From Patescibacteria group bacterium (GTDB taxonomy: Bacteria; Patescibacteriota; Doudnabacteria; UBA920): DNA of 64,000 bases. The translations under genes and the position numbers were made by a program. Where the stretch lies: assembly GCA_036726225.1 (NCBI GenBank), contig DAIMCS010000001.1:397856-461855 (forward strand), written 5' to 3'. Shown here in pieces: positions 63,671 to 64,000 of this stretch (position 1 is its first letter; the number at the start of each line of letters is the position of its first letter). Under the pieces are notes generated by a model. The model was not told the DNA's origin and ran no database searches. It was given only the letters and a program-made list of their open reading frames with translations.

Positions 63671-64000
63671 ATGTCTAATATTAAAGCCGTACTTTTCGAC
63701 CTCGACGGCGTTTTGGTGGACGCGCGCGAATGGCACTACGATGCCCTAAACAAGGCTTTGGAGGTTTTTGGATATGGTATTAACCGGGAGGAGCACGATA
63801 GTTTTTATAACGGCTTGCCCACCTTTAAAAAGTTGGAAAAACTTTCTGCGGAAAAAGGTTTGCCGGTTTCACTTCACCAGTTAATTTACGATCTTAAACA
63901 ACAGCACACTAAACGTTCGCTTTACGGCAATACCCGCCCGTCATTTGAAAAGCAGTTAATGCTTAAACGTCTTAAAGGCGCAGGCTTAAAATTGGCTGTG
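63671..64000 (+). CDS. HAD-superfamily hydrolase (beta-phosphoglucomutase-like), 3'-partial at window end
   Basis: Motif I VLFDLDGVLVD. Confidence 0.7.
   Translation, partial: MSNIKAVLFDLDGVLVDAREWHYDALNKALEVFGYGINREEHDSFYNGLPTFKKLEKLSAEKGLPVSLHQLIYDLKQQHTKRSLYGNTRPSFEKQLMLKRLKGAGLKLAV

Noticed and set aside
1-64000. CRISPR arrays, rRNA genes, transposases, integrases
   Set aside because: No regularly spaced direct repeats with unique spacers, no rRNA-like conserved stretches and no DDE/tyrosine-recombinase-like ORFs; the repeats present are hairpin or iteron types described above

Overview
This 64 kb window reads as bacterial chromosome from a small-genome, low-to-moderate-GC organism. The gene content hints at the Patescibacteria/CPR style, but that placement is my inference, not something the sequence proves. 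Most of the window is densely packed plus-strand housekeeping genes whose proteins I recognise directly: ftsZ; nrdR with an adenosylcobalamin-dependent class II ribonucleotide reductase and a corrinoid adenosyltransferase nearby; peptidyl-prolyl isomerase (PPIase)-ndk; a short RelA/SpoT-family (Rsh) enzyme; fpg; groES-groEL; ribosomal protein L32 (rpmF), nusB and HU; metK behind a candidate SAM riboswitch; an SPFH protein; a sugar-phosphate block (tkt, glpX, class I fba, LOG, transaldolase); and tRNA-Gly(TCC) and tRNA-Pro(TGG) on the minus strand. The last 23 kb is a cell-envelope locus with a strong sigma70 promoter and a roughly 540-nt structured leader in front of a 1146-aa Thr/Ser/Gly-rich surface protein. 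Behind it sit a co-directional TPR protein, two paralogous Wzy_C (O-antigen-ligase / PglL-PilO-like) membrane proteins with C-terminal TPR arrays, an orphan HlyD-type periplasmic adaptor and a secreted S8 subtilase. Glycosyltransferases, GDP-fucose genes (gmd, fcl), RmlC/RmlD-like enzymes and a Wzx flippase follow. I read this block as a candidate surface-protein O-glycosylation / S-layer assembly system. The non-genic structure I would look at again is: (i) G/C-rich palindromic mini-elements (CCCCTCC...GGAGGGG hairpins) scattered between genes and apparently inserted in frame into cobO-like, tkt and nrdJ; (ii) three small 23S-IVS-type genes (two four-helix-bundle, one GxxExxY), each bracketed by its own inverted repeats like tiny cassettes; (iii) several short dispersed repeat families (a 90-bp inverted pair, a CUUUG-loop hairpin family, a TTGACAAG iteron-like 40-mer, a GTGATCAGTGCGCAGTG element, tandem 72-bp repeats beside tRNA-Gly); (iv) a 900-bp gene-free region with a consensus promoter and a CTGTAG/CTACAG site array; (v) two higher-GC islands (1-3500 and 31060-32900) that encode only unknown proteins, the first probably 5'-truncated by the window edge and sitting next to a secreted protein with a pilin-like C-terminal double-TM domain. 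I saw no rRNA, CRISPR array, transposase or integrase.
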